Position numbers and translations under genes: made by a program. 64,000 nt of DNA from Vicugna vicugna (lineage: Eukaryota). Where the stretch lies: positions 2,431,370 to 2,495,369 of the forward strand of contig MU057744.1 in the NCBI GenBank assembly GCA_013265495.1, in the 5' to 3' direction. A model generated the notes under the pieces. It saw only the letters and a list, made by a program, of their open reading frames with translations, was not told the origin of the DNA and did not search any database. Numbering within the stretch: the first letter of the stretch is position 1; every line of letters begins with the position of its first letter. Of the stretch, positions 36,331 through 49,375 are shown in pieces.

Positions 36331-38219
36331 TCAACAATGCAGGACTGCCTCAGCCTTCAAACATTTCAGTGACTTGCAACCACTCGGGATAAAATCTGAG
36401 AGCCTGTCACAGCCCAGGGGTCCCACACCTGCCTTCCACCTTCCCCCACATTGAGCCGCCCTCCTGAAGCTTTGTGATCAGGACAAGCTCTGTTTGCAGA
36501 GCCTGTTTTTGCTTCCGTATTCTGGGACTGCTCACAACTGGCAATTATGTATTCATGTCCTGCTTACTTTATTACTTTTTACTCCCTTACGAAATTATAA
36601 TTTCCATGAGTGCTTAATACAGTCTGACATATTATGTGGCCCAGTAAATGTATTTTTTAAAAAACAACAAATGAACAGTAACAAGAAGCAAACACACCAA
36701 TTAAATTAAGACTAGATGTTAATTAGGAGAGTAATGGAATTACCTACAACATGTGTGCAATACTGAATAATTTCAGATTTATGAAGTTACTTTGCACAGT
36801 GATTCTCTGTTTCAAAATATTATTATATTTGATATATTTCCTTAAAATATGCTAAAACCATCAGAATTAAATAGATTTTGCTTTCAAAGTGGCCTGTTTT
36901 ATTTAGTGAAGTGCAATTGCTCTGACTTAAAATAATGGCTAATGGCTGATGGCTTCTCTGTACAAAGTCAGTATTTAATCTAAATGTTTATTTAAATAGA
37001 AGTGTCCCATAAATTGACCCATGTGGGGTTTATATGAGTTGCTCTGAAATTTGTCCCACATACCTAACCACTTTTTAAACTTTCTATCTCTGTGGTTGTG
37101 GGGAAAAAAAAAAAGATAAGAGTTTCAACTACTGTGAGCTTCTTCAAAAAGTGTACATACTTTTTTTTTTTACATCATCTCTTAACATTTACTGTGATAG
37201 CACAAACCTGCTCACATTAGAGACAAAATAAGATAATTATAATCTAACTGTATGGGGCCATAAAATGCCATTTTTGATATTAGTGTAACATAATAGAAGA
37301 GTGATCTTTAAGTCTTTCTAAAACCACCAGTTTCCAGTATATTTACTATATAAATTTAAATTTTTTTTCACAGGATTATTAAGAGGCTTCACTGTGCTAT
37401 AAAATGTATGGCTTGATTGAAGAGTCACATGATCATCTGTATATGTATTCAACGGGTTAGCATATATTTTAAATTAGACTTTAGCTCTCCAAATTTTATT
37501 TTAAAACTTTGGCTAACAAGAAAATTAAACATAATATGATAATTCTGCTTACTGAAAATAAATTTGTAATATACATACAGATAAACAGGAATTATAAAAT
37601 CTGATCCATCTCCCTGGCTATTTTGAATTTGGGGGGAAAAGTTATTTGTGTGTGATACAGGGAGAAGAAGACAGAACCATTTGGAAGATCTTAATGTCTT
37701 TTGTGCTGAAAGAAAAATTATTTCTAAATTTTGCATTTTTGACAAATATGAAATACAGTGGGGAAAAAGGAAGGTAGAAATACAGGGCATATTTTTTCCA
37801 TGTTGTGGGACACGCTTTCTTAAATAAAATTCAGTGTGCTCATGGCTCCATATATCAGCAAAGCTCCTGAAAAGGGCTGTAAAGTTATGACAGAGGAGCA
37901 GCCTGGTGCCACCTTTAGTGGTGCTACTGAGGAGGTTATAAGCATCTATGTTTCAGTCAAGTGGGAAAACAACACCGCTACCTCACCGCTCACCATGTGA
38001 CGTCATCACTGTGAAGAGGCAGAAGACAAAGGAAAACTTCAGCCGCCCAGCAGCACACTGGCTGGTTGTGTTCAGAGTGTAGTATTATTATTGTCACCCT
38101 TATAACCATTACATCATGGTTAAATGTTGTCATTTCATGCACTGTATAATGTGCATGTGCCATTAAATTGTACATCAACATCATACATTTGCTACGGACA
38201 GATCGGGTCAACTTCATAC

Positions 38220-38527
38220 GTGGAAACCTAGTCCCGAGTGTGATGCTGTTTGGAGGTGGGGCCTCTGGGAGGTGATGACGTCAGGAGGGCAAAGCCCTCA
38301 TGAGTGGGAGTAGTGCCCTTATAAAAGAGACCCCATGGGGACCCCCCCACCCTCCCTCCATGTGCGGTGACAGTGAAAAGACTGAATCTCACCAGACACC
38401 AAGTCTTCCACCTCCTTGAGGCTTGGATTTTGGACTTTCTAGCCCCTAGAACCATGAGAAATAAATTTCTATTTCTTATAAACCACTTAGTCCATAATAT
38501 TTTGTTACAGCCACCCAAACAAAGACA
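38220..38527 (+). mobile_element. MLT1A-type MaLR LTR
   Basis: tttggaggtggggcctctgggaggtga...agtgcccttataaaagagacccca...agaaataaatttct. Confidence 0.85.
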
Positions 38528-39246
38528 ATACCACATGCCACTGTGTGTTTTATATAACCCTATGATTATGTATTATGAAACTTACTAAATGTCCTTCCAA
38601 TGATTATACTTACGTCGTGAGCACTCCTGATAGACCTCGCTCACTTGCATACTCACTGTGCTCCCGCAGCAAAACCCCAACACTGGGTGAATTCGGATTT
38701 CTGAACGAGCAGATGAGCTGGTAAACATGGCTGCAGATAGATACCCGGATGCACTTTGAATTCATGACCAGTGAGAATCGGATACTTAAGCCTGCTTCCC
38801 TAGTTTATTCACTCTTGAAGACCTGAAATACCTATTCCACAGTTTTTCTTCTATCTTCCTATTTCCAGCACCTCATCCACATCTTCAGTCTGAAAGACTT
38901 CGCTTTCTTTCCAACTGAGAAGATTAAAATCATAGTATGAAGACTTCCAGCTCCGCATCCATGCACCTGCAAACACGGGCATCCACACAGGCTATTCAGA
39001 CTCCCTGCCTGTTGCTAGAGATGAACTAAGCATCCAGTCTCCTATCCATAGGAGCTTCAACCTGGCACCCCGATGTCCGTGGTAGCATTCACACAGCTCA
39101 TAAACTTGGAATGGGGGAAAGACAAGCTAACATGTATCTTGATTTTCACCAAGAAAAATTATAAACTTCGATTATAAATGTAGGTAAGAAACCATGGTTG
39201 TATTAGAAAATTTATTCTGTGCTGGTCTCAGCCTATCAGTAACCAG

Positions 39247-39719
39247 TGTCATGACTGAACTGGCCCCTGTGGTTGTCATGATTCCAAGACACCAATAACC
39301 ATTAGGAAACTTTGAAAGAAAATCCTTTATTAACCCCTAGACTGGAAATTACGCAGCACACCTGGGGCCACACTGCGAGGCTGTAGGGAGAAAGAGAGAG
39401 TGCCCTGGCTTTTACTGGTGCTGAGGGTGCAGCCTTGGATTTAGGGGCCTCATACTGGTAAGTTTAAAGCATAAGAAGGGGCATTTAAACCAAGAGAAGA
39501 GAAAACACAAGTGGCCCAAATGGTCAGTTATAAAAACCAACCAAGGTCTCTAAAACAAAGGAGCTTCAGCGGGAGGCCCTGGCTCTTCATCCAGTTCTGC
39601 GGCTGGATGCTCATCTGCTCGGGGCAGCCCTTTTGACATGGTGCCTCTGCAAGCACAGCTCAGGTCAGGCACCTGTCCGACAAGAGGAAGACAGAACAAC
39701 TCTCAGGGTCTGCACTACA
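39247..39719 (-). mobile_element. ERV LTR-like element
   Basis: TG...CA termini and tttatt near the left end; no TSD found. Confidence 0.5.
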
Positions 39720-39929
39720 GGATGCTACGGGTTTCTCGCCAGTGTCTTCATATTGTAGAATAAGTGGTGCCAGTATCTGGACCTTTCTAGCCTCCAGAAC
39801 TGTAAAAGATCAATTCCTTTTGTTTATAAACCACCCAGTCTATGGTATTTTGTTATAGCGGGCCAAAGGGACTAAGGTAACTACAATGTCTTTTACACCT
39901 GTCACTATCAGCAAAGTTGTTCAGCCATC

Positions 39930-40610
39930 ATGCAACCTAAGCAGAGCAAGAAGATCTGTACAGAACAAGCCACACAGAGACCTGACATATGACACAGGTG
40001 GCTCCACAGGACAATAATGACACAATAAACTCTTCATATTTGGTTTTGAGCAATTGGTTGTTCATTTAAAAAACAATTACCTCCTACAAAAACAAATGTA
40101 AACTCAACTTAGCGTAAATATACAAATAAGCCATTTTTTACATCATTTAGGAAAAGATGTCAGAGAACTTGTCATTAGCCTTGGTAGGTTAGAATTTATA
40201 TAGGTAGAAAATGTACAAACCATAAAAGTAAAGTTTAATAAATTTGACTACACTAAAATGTAAAACTTCTGCTCCTAGAATGACAACTTAAGGAGAGTTA
40301 AAAGACAAGCCACAGAAAAAGAAATGATTTTTAAAATATGAATGAACAATCAAGGGAGCATATTAAGGATTGAAATAAATACCCAGATGCATTCTCGTTG
40401 AAAATGAAGAGAAGAAAGATAACTCAATAGAGAAAAGGGCCAATTCACAGAAAAAGAAACTGAATGGTTAATATCTGAAAAGATGCTAAAACTTTGTAAT
40501 ATTCAGGGAAATGCAAATTAAAGTAGGATCCCATTCCTCAGCAATAGATATAAAAAATTTTAAAAGTCTGAAAATATCAAGAACCATTGAGGCTATGAAA
40601 AGAAACTTCT
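39930..40610 (+). mobile_element. L1M ORF2 3' fragment
   Basis: aatttgactacactaaaatgtaaaacttctgctc; ttcagggaaatgcaaattaaa. Confidence 0.75.
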
Positions 40611-42649
40611 AATGTGTCATTCTTGAGCAATGCGATAATGTGACATGATGTAATTAGTCTGGAGACTAATTACAGAACAATGCTCCACTGATACAGATGC
40701 TAACCCAGTTTCTAGGGCCTTTGGACCAGAAAATGATACTATGAGATATATTTCATTTTAAAATACTGATTTGCATTTCTAATTAAAAACTCTCTCAGAG
40801 ATCGAAAAAAACCAACTTCCTCAAATTGTCCAAAAGAAGGATTTGCCACAAGTCTTCCATTTACAGAGACAGAGAAAGATTCTGGCATACGTGGAACCCA
40901 AGTTGCCACAGACCCCAAAGGAAAAAAAGAGATGCAAACAGTACTTTTCGGTCGCTTTGTCACTTATCCCACAGAAAAGCTTACTCCACCTGTCCATCTT
41001 CAGATGGTATAAACTAAGAATTGACAGAGATGCTCTACAAAATCAACTCTTAATATTTTGTCTTTAAACAGGTGTAACTTTTATCATTTTATATTTACTG
41101 TATAGGCCTATTTTGCTTTACTGCAAGATCTGAGGCCGTGTTGCATTAAATTAGCCCTCTTTTATAAGCACCTTAGCCTAGGCAAACAAATTCTTAGAGT
41201 CCAACTCACAAGCCAAAATTCTAATCAGCATTTCCAAAGGGAAAATGAAGCTATAGGCTTCACTGCACCAAAAGTGAGCACATAATTTCCTCATTTGTGC
41301 TTAATTTTCTCTGCAGGTAGATGACAGAGTAGAAAATTACAAAGATCAATTAGCTCTTGTTTGTGAATGGATAATTATAGACCGGTTGCTTCATACGTGT
41401 TCATGCAAGAGAAAATGGAGAGAAAAACATGTTGCTCCATTTTAAAACAAAGTGTCAGGACGAAAAGCTGGCTGAGAGGAAGACGGAGCCACAACCGAGC
41501 GGTGACTACCCGTGAATACATATGAAGGACGACTGCTGCTGCTAATTTGCATAACGAATAACTGGTCTTTGGTTTTTCACTTTGAATAGAAATTTCTTAC
41601 CATTTAACAGCATACAGTACATTCACAACGTTAATGTTTTTATTAATATTGTCACTGATATTGCTAGTATTCTCACGTTGCAGAGAGAATTGAGAACATT
41701 TCCAAGATCACCTCTATAATATCGATTGAATCAAAGTCAGAAAGAAGAATTTTGCCACATCAGGGTAAGTAGTTAGATATTAAAAGAATACAAAACTTTA
41801 ACAGTGGTTCTTTAGAGCCAACTGATATGTTGGGGACATACTCATTTCCTTGGCTTCTCCTCAGACTTCTTCACACCTGCTTTTAAGGGACACGCTTGGC
41901 ACAGAGCCCCATCTTGAAATTCACATATGTAAAAGGAACGTTGTGAAAAAACACAGCCCAATAGCAATCCGTGGTTTTAACAGGCTGCAAACTCGGATCC
42001 AAACCTCAATTCCCACACATAATACCCGCGCATCCAAATAAGCCTACAAATAAAAAGGCTGACTGCTTAACATACATTTTCTCTTTCCTTTATTTCTTAT
42101 GATTGGAGCTACTTCAAAGCAAAATGGATCATCTAAAAAGTTAGGAAGTTCCTCTCAACAGAAAATTTCAAGTTAATCGGGGCAACTGCAGTACCAGATA
42201 TTGAAATGGGAACTAAACAGATGCCAGGGGAATAAATTGATCATTACTTCCCACCTCCTTTATCATCTCAACAATCTATGAGTTTCCCCTAATTCTGTGC
42301 TTTGACAAGCTAGAGTGTTTATACATGAGTAATGGAAGCTTAGTGGCAAACTTTCATTTCTTACCAAGATTCTAAAATAAGCGGAGAAATATAAAAACGA
42401 GGAAAAGCAAACGTGAATAGTGAACACTAAAGGACAGAGCAGCCAAAATAGTCAAAACACATAACTTGCGAGGAATTCTATCAGATGGCATGCAGATGGA
42501 CTCAGCACAGAAAGTTGCTCCCTGACAGAGGAGCAAGGCTTTGGGGGGTAACAATCATGTTCTGTAAATGGGATCTCTCTGCGTTGTATTTTTAGAGCTA
42601 TTTTATCTTCTTCAAATAAATTGAGAAAACTAATATGCATATTCGTGCA

Positions 42650-44535
42650 TTACATGGACAATTATGCTACCTTATAACAACACACATAAAATCTAATTCC
42701 CCCCTCCTGTCCCTTCTATCATTTCTGACATCTGTTTCACTTACATATAAGCATCCATAAGGATATACGAATATATATGCATGCATGATCGAATATATGA
42801 TTGCTATTATTACTATGAACAACATATGATATCTGTTAGATCAATAAGAGTAAGCAAAAAAGTTTTTATTTTACCTTCACATATGCTTTTTAAACGCCTT
42901 TCCTTCTGAGTTTCTTATCCATATCATTTTCCTTCTTTAAAGGAACTTCTTTAAAAAGTTTCCTCAATTTTTGTTTCCCTGGAGGATCTTTATTTTGCCC
43001 TCACTTTTGAAAAATAATTTCACAGGGTACAGAATTATAGTTTGGTGATTTTTTTTTTCTCTCAACACTTTAAATATTTCATCCCACTCTCATCATGCTC
43101 GCAGGATTTCTGGGGAGAAGTCAATGTGATTCTTATTTTTGTTCCTATAGGTAAGGTGTTTTCCCCCTTGGACTTTTTTGGAGTTTGAAAATGATATACT
43201 GAGGTACAAGTTTTGGCATTTAGCTTGCTTGGTGTTCTCTGAGCTTCCTGAATATATGGTTTGGTGTCTGACATTATTAGGGGCAAATTCTCCCTTACTG
43301 TTTCAAATACTAGTTCTGTTCTTTCTTTCTTTTCCTTCTGGTATACTCATTATGTGGTTTTACACGTTTTTTTCCCTTACCCCACAGTCCTTGGTTATTC
43401 AGCATTCCCCCTCCCCCCCACCCCCAGCCTTTGTTCTCTCTGCTTTTCGGATTTCAAGGATTCTATCAATACATCTTCAAGTTCAGGTACTCTTTCCTGC
43501 CTGCGTCCAGTGTACTAATAGCCCATGAAAGTCATTCTTCACTTCTATTACTGTTGTTTCCGTCTCTAGCATTTCTTTTCCACTCTTTCTTAGGGTTTCA
43601 GTCTCTCTGTTTACATGACCTACCTGTTCTGCATGCTGTCCACTTTAACACTTACAACATTTAGCATATCAACCACAGTTGCTTTAAATTCCCTGTTTGA
43701 TAATTCCCCTACCCCACCTATGTCTGGTTCTGACGATGGCTCTACCACTTCAAAGTGTGTTTCTTGCTGTTCGGTGTGCCTTGTACTTTTTTCTTAGAGC
43801 CAGCACAATGAGGTGAAGAGAACTGCAGGACACGGAAATTTAGTACTGTGAAGGTGAGGTGCAGGGGAAGAGAAGCGCTCTGGTGTCGGATGAGTAGGTT
43901 GGTCTTTTAGGGAGCCTACACCTCTGGACCATGAACTTCACGAATATTTCTCTGGTTTTCTCCCCCTTGCGCGGGACAGGAGGGCTTGCGTGGGCTGGAG
44001 TGGGTACTCCCTTCTCCGATGTCAGTTAGACTTTTGTAACACCTTTTGCAGGTTAGACGCTAGTTACCTAGCTTATCAGAGGGCAGGCCTTGATAAGAAG
44101 AACAGAGTGCCCTGGCGTATTCAAAGATGTTTCCTTTCCCCACCCCCGCCTTGCTGGAATTATGAGGGGATTTTTCTCTAGTATTTACTATGCCAACCTG
44201 GCTGGGGTTCCACTCTGACTGGGTGCCCCTGTGTTTCACTCTCAGACTTGTCCACGCTGAGCATCCAGAAATTCATCCATGACAGTTCGCGTTGTCCTGT
44301 TCTGGCCCTGGTCCCTGCAGTGGGTTCCACTCCTGAGTCTCTGCTGCATAAGGCGTGACTCCCTGTGCCTACCTGTCTGTTTCTCTAGTCTTGGCCGCAG
44401 GATTTGCCCTTTGTACCCACCTCTCTTGTAGATCCAAGAATTGTACACGTCTCAGTCTGTTCCACTTTCTACTTTTTGTTAGGACAGAGGAGCAACTTCC
44501 AAGTTCCTTACATGTGAAACTGGAAACCAGCATTT
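42650..44535 (-). mobile_element. L1M 5' region/ORF1, antisense; related to the element at 55040
   Basis: ORF 43062-43286 contains IQEAQRTPSKLN (L1 ORF1); its 5' end aligns by eye with 55040-55350 on the opposite strand. Confidence 0.8.
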
Positions 44536-45259
44536 GATTTTTTTTCAGTAAATTATTTTTGCCTAGAAAAATCATTATTTCTTCACGATTAAGAAAAGTG
44601 TTTTGTTATACACCTGCTTACAGAGCAGATTCTATCCTGTTATGATTCTCAATTAGGAGTGAATTTGTGCTCATGTGTTTCATTATTCTAACACATCCTG
44701 ACAGAGGTTCTGCTACATTATTTTTTATTGAGCTACATAGCTCTGCTTTCTAATTTGTTAATAATGTGGCTTATGTGGAATGTGCCTGTGTTTATATTTA
44801 GCTTACCCAGAACAAAACCCCTCACGATGGGTGGTTGTTGCCGGTGCCTAAATGCGCACTTACCTTTGCGGCTGTCAATCATTCCCCCATCAGCTGTTTT
44901 TGGCATTCATATTGCTTCTGCAAGGGTTCTATGCCTCACAATTCATTGTTATTGTATTATTCAAGTTCATTTCACTTGCAAATGATGTAAAGCCAAACTA
45001 AACCAAGTTGAGCAAAAACGAAAAGGGAAGAGGAATATACTGTCTTCCGTACTGGAATGGTGAGAGTAGCCAGAGGCCGGACTAGTTGGATCCAGAGACT
45101 CAAACGCTGTCAGAACACTCTCTGTTCAACTCTCAGACCTATTCTCTGACATTCCATGCACGTCGATTTATGGTCATAGGAAATGTGGATATATATATCC
45201 TTACAGAAGTGAAGGAGAGCTTTTCCTGCTCTGTATGTGATAATAAGATTTTGTAAAAT

Positions 45260-46310
45260 ATATTAAATGCCTGAGTTAAAGATACTTATCCATTTATGCA
45301 CCAGTAATCTTAGCCAGATCAACACAAATACGCTGCTCACAACAGTCAAGTCTATAGAGACTGGAGGGAAAAAATTAAAACAGCCCTCATTCATACCTGA
45401 TGTGGTCCCATCTGCAGAAAATCTGAAAGACTCTACAAAAAAGCTACTGAAATTAATACTTGAATTTTCAATATTTGCAGACTGTAAAGTCAATATACAA
45501 AAGTCAATTGGATGTCTATATACTAGAAAAGGGAAATGTAAAATTTAAATCTAAAACGTATTATTTACAATAGCATCAAAAAGTATAAAATATTCACAAG
45601 TAGGTTTATCAAAATATGCACAAGATCTACACACTGAAAACTCTAAATATTGCAGAGAGATTGAAGAATAAAATAGTAAGTGGAGAGACAGATCCCATTC
45701 ACGGACTTAGAAAGTCAGTACTGTTAACATGTCTGTTCTTGCCCTAACTGAGTTACAGGTTCAACGCAATGACAGTCTCAATCTCAGACTGCTTTCGGTA
45801 GAAAGGGTAGAAAGAAACAGGCTCATTTAAAAATAGTATGGGAAGTCAAGACCTAAAACAGCCAAAAACAAATTTGAAAAGAAAAAAAAGAGTAGGACAC
45901 CATTACCACTTGAATTTAAGATTATTTTAAAGTTACAATAATCAAGCAAGTGTGGAATTTGCATACAAATGAATACATAGATAAATGGTCCTGAATATCG
46001 AGTCTGGAAAAAGAGCCACTCCAATCACTTGATTTTTGACAGAAGTCCCAGAGAACTGAGTGGAGAAAAAAATACAATGTTTTCAACACATTTTGTTGCT
46101 GCTGTTGGATATTCATATGCCACAAAAAAATAATAATCCTTGGCTCTTACCTTTAACCATATACAAAAATGACTGTCAAAAGTCCTGAATGTAGTTTGTA
46201 AGCTTACAAAACTTCTAGAAGAAAATATGAGAGAAAATTTTAGAGGTTTTAGGGTTTGGCCAAGATTTATTACATAGGCTGCAAAAATCACATGTTATAA
46301 TAGGAAGTTA
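45260..46310 (+). mobile_element. L1M ORF2 fragment
   Basis: ENLKDSTKKLLKLILEFSIFADCKVNIQKSIGCLYT matches the L1 RT region. Confidence 0.85.
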
Positions 46311-46317
46311 ACTGATG

Positions 46318-49300
46318 GGATAAGATGGAACAGTAGAAAGACCCTGGGATCACCTCCTCCCATGGACAAACCAAAATTACAACTATGCATAGAGGAACCG
46401 TCTCTGAGAGGGATCTGAAGACTAGCAGAAGGGACCGCCCACGCCTACAGGTGAAAAGGAAAAGCTGCAGTGAGACAGGTGGGGGGCAGAGGTGCAGTCT
46501 GGCTGGACTCACACCTCCAGTGTCGGGAGCCCTGAGAGGCAGGGGTGTCACAGCCACAGATGTTTCCCCTGAGGGTCGAGGCCCCCCAACTAGGGGGTCT
46601 GCACCAGGAAGATGACATCACGTCTGACTTTGAAAACCAGCAGGGCTTACGTCTGGGAGAGCCAGAGGGCTGTAGGTAACTGAGAGTCCACGCTGGAACA
46701 GTGCACACAAAATTCGCTCTCCTTGAGTCCTGGCACGGAGGCAGCAGCCTCAAAAGTGCCTGGATCACACATGGAGCTTCACTGACTGATTTAAGGAAAT
46801 TTGGGTCCTTCTCTGGGACGGAGAGCAGGTGAGCACTGCCTTTTTGTTGCCATTTCTGTTTGTGACACCCCTTCTACCAGTGCTGGCAGGTGCCATCCTT
46901 CCTGACTCTCCATCCGACCATGAGCACCGCTCACCTCACCAGGCTCACTTGCGGACCTGACACAGTCAGAGCTCCACCAGTGTTCTGCCAATCCCAGTGA
47001 GTCACCTTGGCCAGCACCAGAATCCGCCCAAAGTGGCTCCTCCCTAGGCACTGGCCCCACACAACAGAGTGCCCGTAACAGCAGAAGCCAAGCCTTACAG
47101 CCAGTTGCACCAGGGGCCACCCCTGCACACTAGTGTGCCTGCAGCAAGCACAGCCCAGCCTTAACAGGAAGACAATCCTAGAGCCTGGCCCTGACACACA
47201 GAGAACTGGACGCCACAGTAACAGCAGGGGACTTTAACATCACATTAACATGAATGGGTAGATTGTCCAGACAGAAAATCGTTCAGGAAACTCTGGCCTT
47301 AAAGGACACAATGGAACAGATAGACTTAATAAACGTGTGCAGGATATTCCACCCCAAAATGGCAGAATATATAGTCTTTTCAAGTGCAAATGGAATACTC
47401 TCCAGGATGGATCATATGCTAGGTCACAAAACAAGACTCAACACACTGAAGAATACTGAAATCATATCAAGCTTCTTTTTTCACCATAATGGTGTAAAAC
47501 TGGGTATCAGGTATCAGAAAAAAAAAAAAACAGAAAAAACCCCACAAAATGGAGTCAAAACAACATATTACTAAACAAACAATGGGTCATTGAAGAAATC
47601 AAAGAGGAAATAAAAAATACCTGGAAACAAATGAAAATGAAAACACAATGCTCCAAAATCTATGGGACTTAGCAAAGACAATGCTAAGAGAGAAGTTTAC
47701 AGCAATACAGGACAAGGATGCCCACTCTCACCACTTTTATTCAACATAGTGCTGGAAGTCCTAGCCCCCAAAATCAGAGAAGTAAAAGAAATGAAAGCAT
47801 CCAGATTGGAAAGGAAGAAATAAAACTGTCACTATTTGTAAATGACATATTATATCTAGAAAATCCTATAGACCACACCAAAAAACTATTAGAAATATTA
47901 AATTAATTCAGTAAAGCTGCAGTACACAAAATATACAAAACTCTGTAGTATTTCTATACACTAATAATTAACTATCAGAAAAAGAAATTAAGAAAACATT
48001 TCCATTTACAAGTGCATCAAAAATTATAAAACACCTGGGAATAAATTTTACCAAGTAGGTATAAGACTTGTGCCCTGAAAACTACTTTAAAAATTGAAAA
48101 TGAAACAAATAAGTGGAAAAATATATCTTGCTCATGAATTGGAATAAGTAATATTGTTAAAGTGCCCATCTCACCTGAAACAATCTAAAGATTCAATGCA
48201 AACTGTATCAAAACACCCATAGAATTTTTCACAGAACTAGAAAGAAGTATCTTAGAATTTGTGTAGAACCACAAAAACCTTAAACAGCCCAAGCAACCTT
48301 GAGAAAGAACAAAGCTGGAGGTACAATGCGCCCTGATTTCAAACTATACCTCAAAGCTACAGGAATCAAACAGTATGGTACTGGTGGACAAGCAGACATA
48401 TAGATTAATGGAACAGAATTGAGAGCCCCAAAATAAATCCATGCATATATGGTCAATTAATTTTTGACAAAGGAGGCAAGAATATATAATGAGGGAAAGA
48501 CAGGCTCTTCAATAAATGGTATTGGGAGAACTGTACAGATAGAATGAAACGGAACCATTTTCTTACATCATATACAAAAATAAGTTCAAAATGTATTCAA
48601 GAATTAAATGTAAAACCTGAAAACATAAAATTCATAGAAAAAAACATATTGTGCCCTTTGACACTGTCTTAACATTGTTTTGGATCTGTCTCCTCAGGCA
48701 AGGTCAACAAAAACAAAAATAAATACAAAACAAATAGGACTACATCAAACTAAAAAGCTTTTGCACAGTGAAGGAAACCATCATAAAAGAAAAGTCAACT
48801 TTTTTAAGTGACAGAAGATATTTGGAAATGAAATATTCAATAGGAGCTAATACCCAAATTATATAACAAAATCATACAACCCAATATAAAAAACCCCAAA
48901 CAATCCAATTCAAAAATGGGCAGAGAACCTGAGTAGACATTTCATTCCGAAGAGGACATGCAGATGGCCGACAGGCACATCAAAAGACGCTTAGTATCAC
49001 TAATTATCAGGGAAGTGTAGATTCAAACCACAATGAGGTATCACCTCACACTTGTCAGAATGGTTATCATCAAAAAGACAAGAAATAAAATGTGTTGGCA
49101 AGAATGTGTGGAAAAGGGAACCCTCATGCACTGTTGGCTGGAATATAAACCGGTGCAACCACTGTGGGAAACATTATGAAGGTATTTCAAAAACTTAAAA
49201 ATAGATCTAGCGTATGATCCAGTTACCCCACTTCTGAGTACTTACCCTCCAAAATGAAAACACTAATAAGAAAAGATACATAAACCCTTGTGTTCATGGT

Positions 49301-49375
49301 GGCACTATTTACAATAGCCAAGATGTGGAAATAACCTAAATGCCCATTGATAGATGAATGGATAAAAACGATGTT
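46318..49375 (+). mobile_element. L1 with a GC-rich 5'UTR and ORF2 pieces; ORF1 and part of ORF2 are missing
   Basis: 5'UTR begins aagatggaacagtagaaagaccctg; EN motifs (SRMDHMLGHK) follow from about 47200; jump to the RT motif QGCPLSP at 47711. Confidence 0.85.

Noticed and set aside
46288..47197. Multiple ORFs and GC-rich sequence suggesting a gene promoter
   Set aside because: This is an L1 5'UTR.
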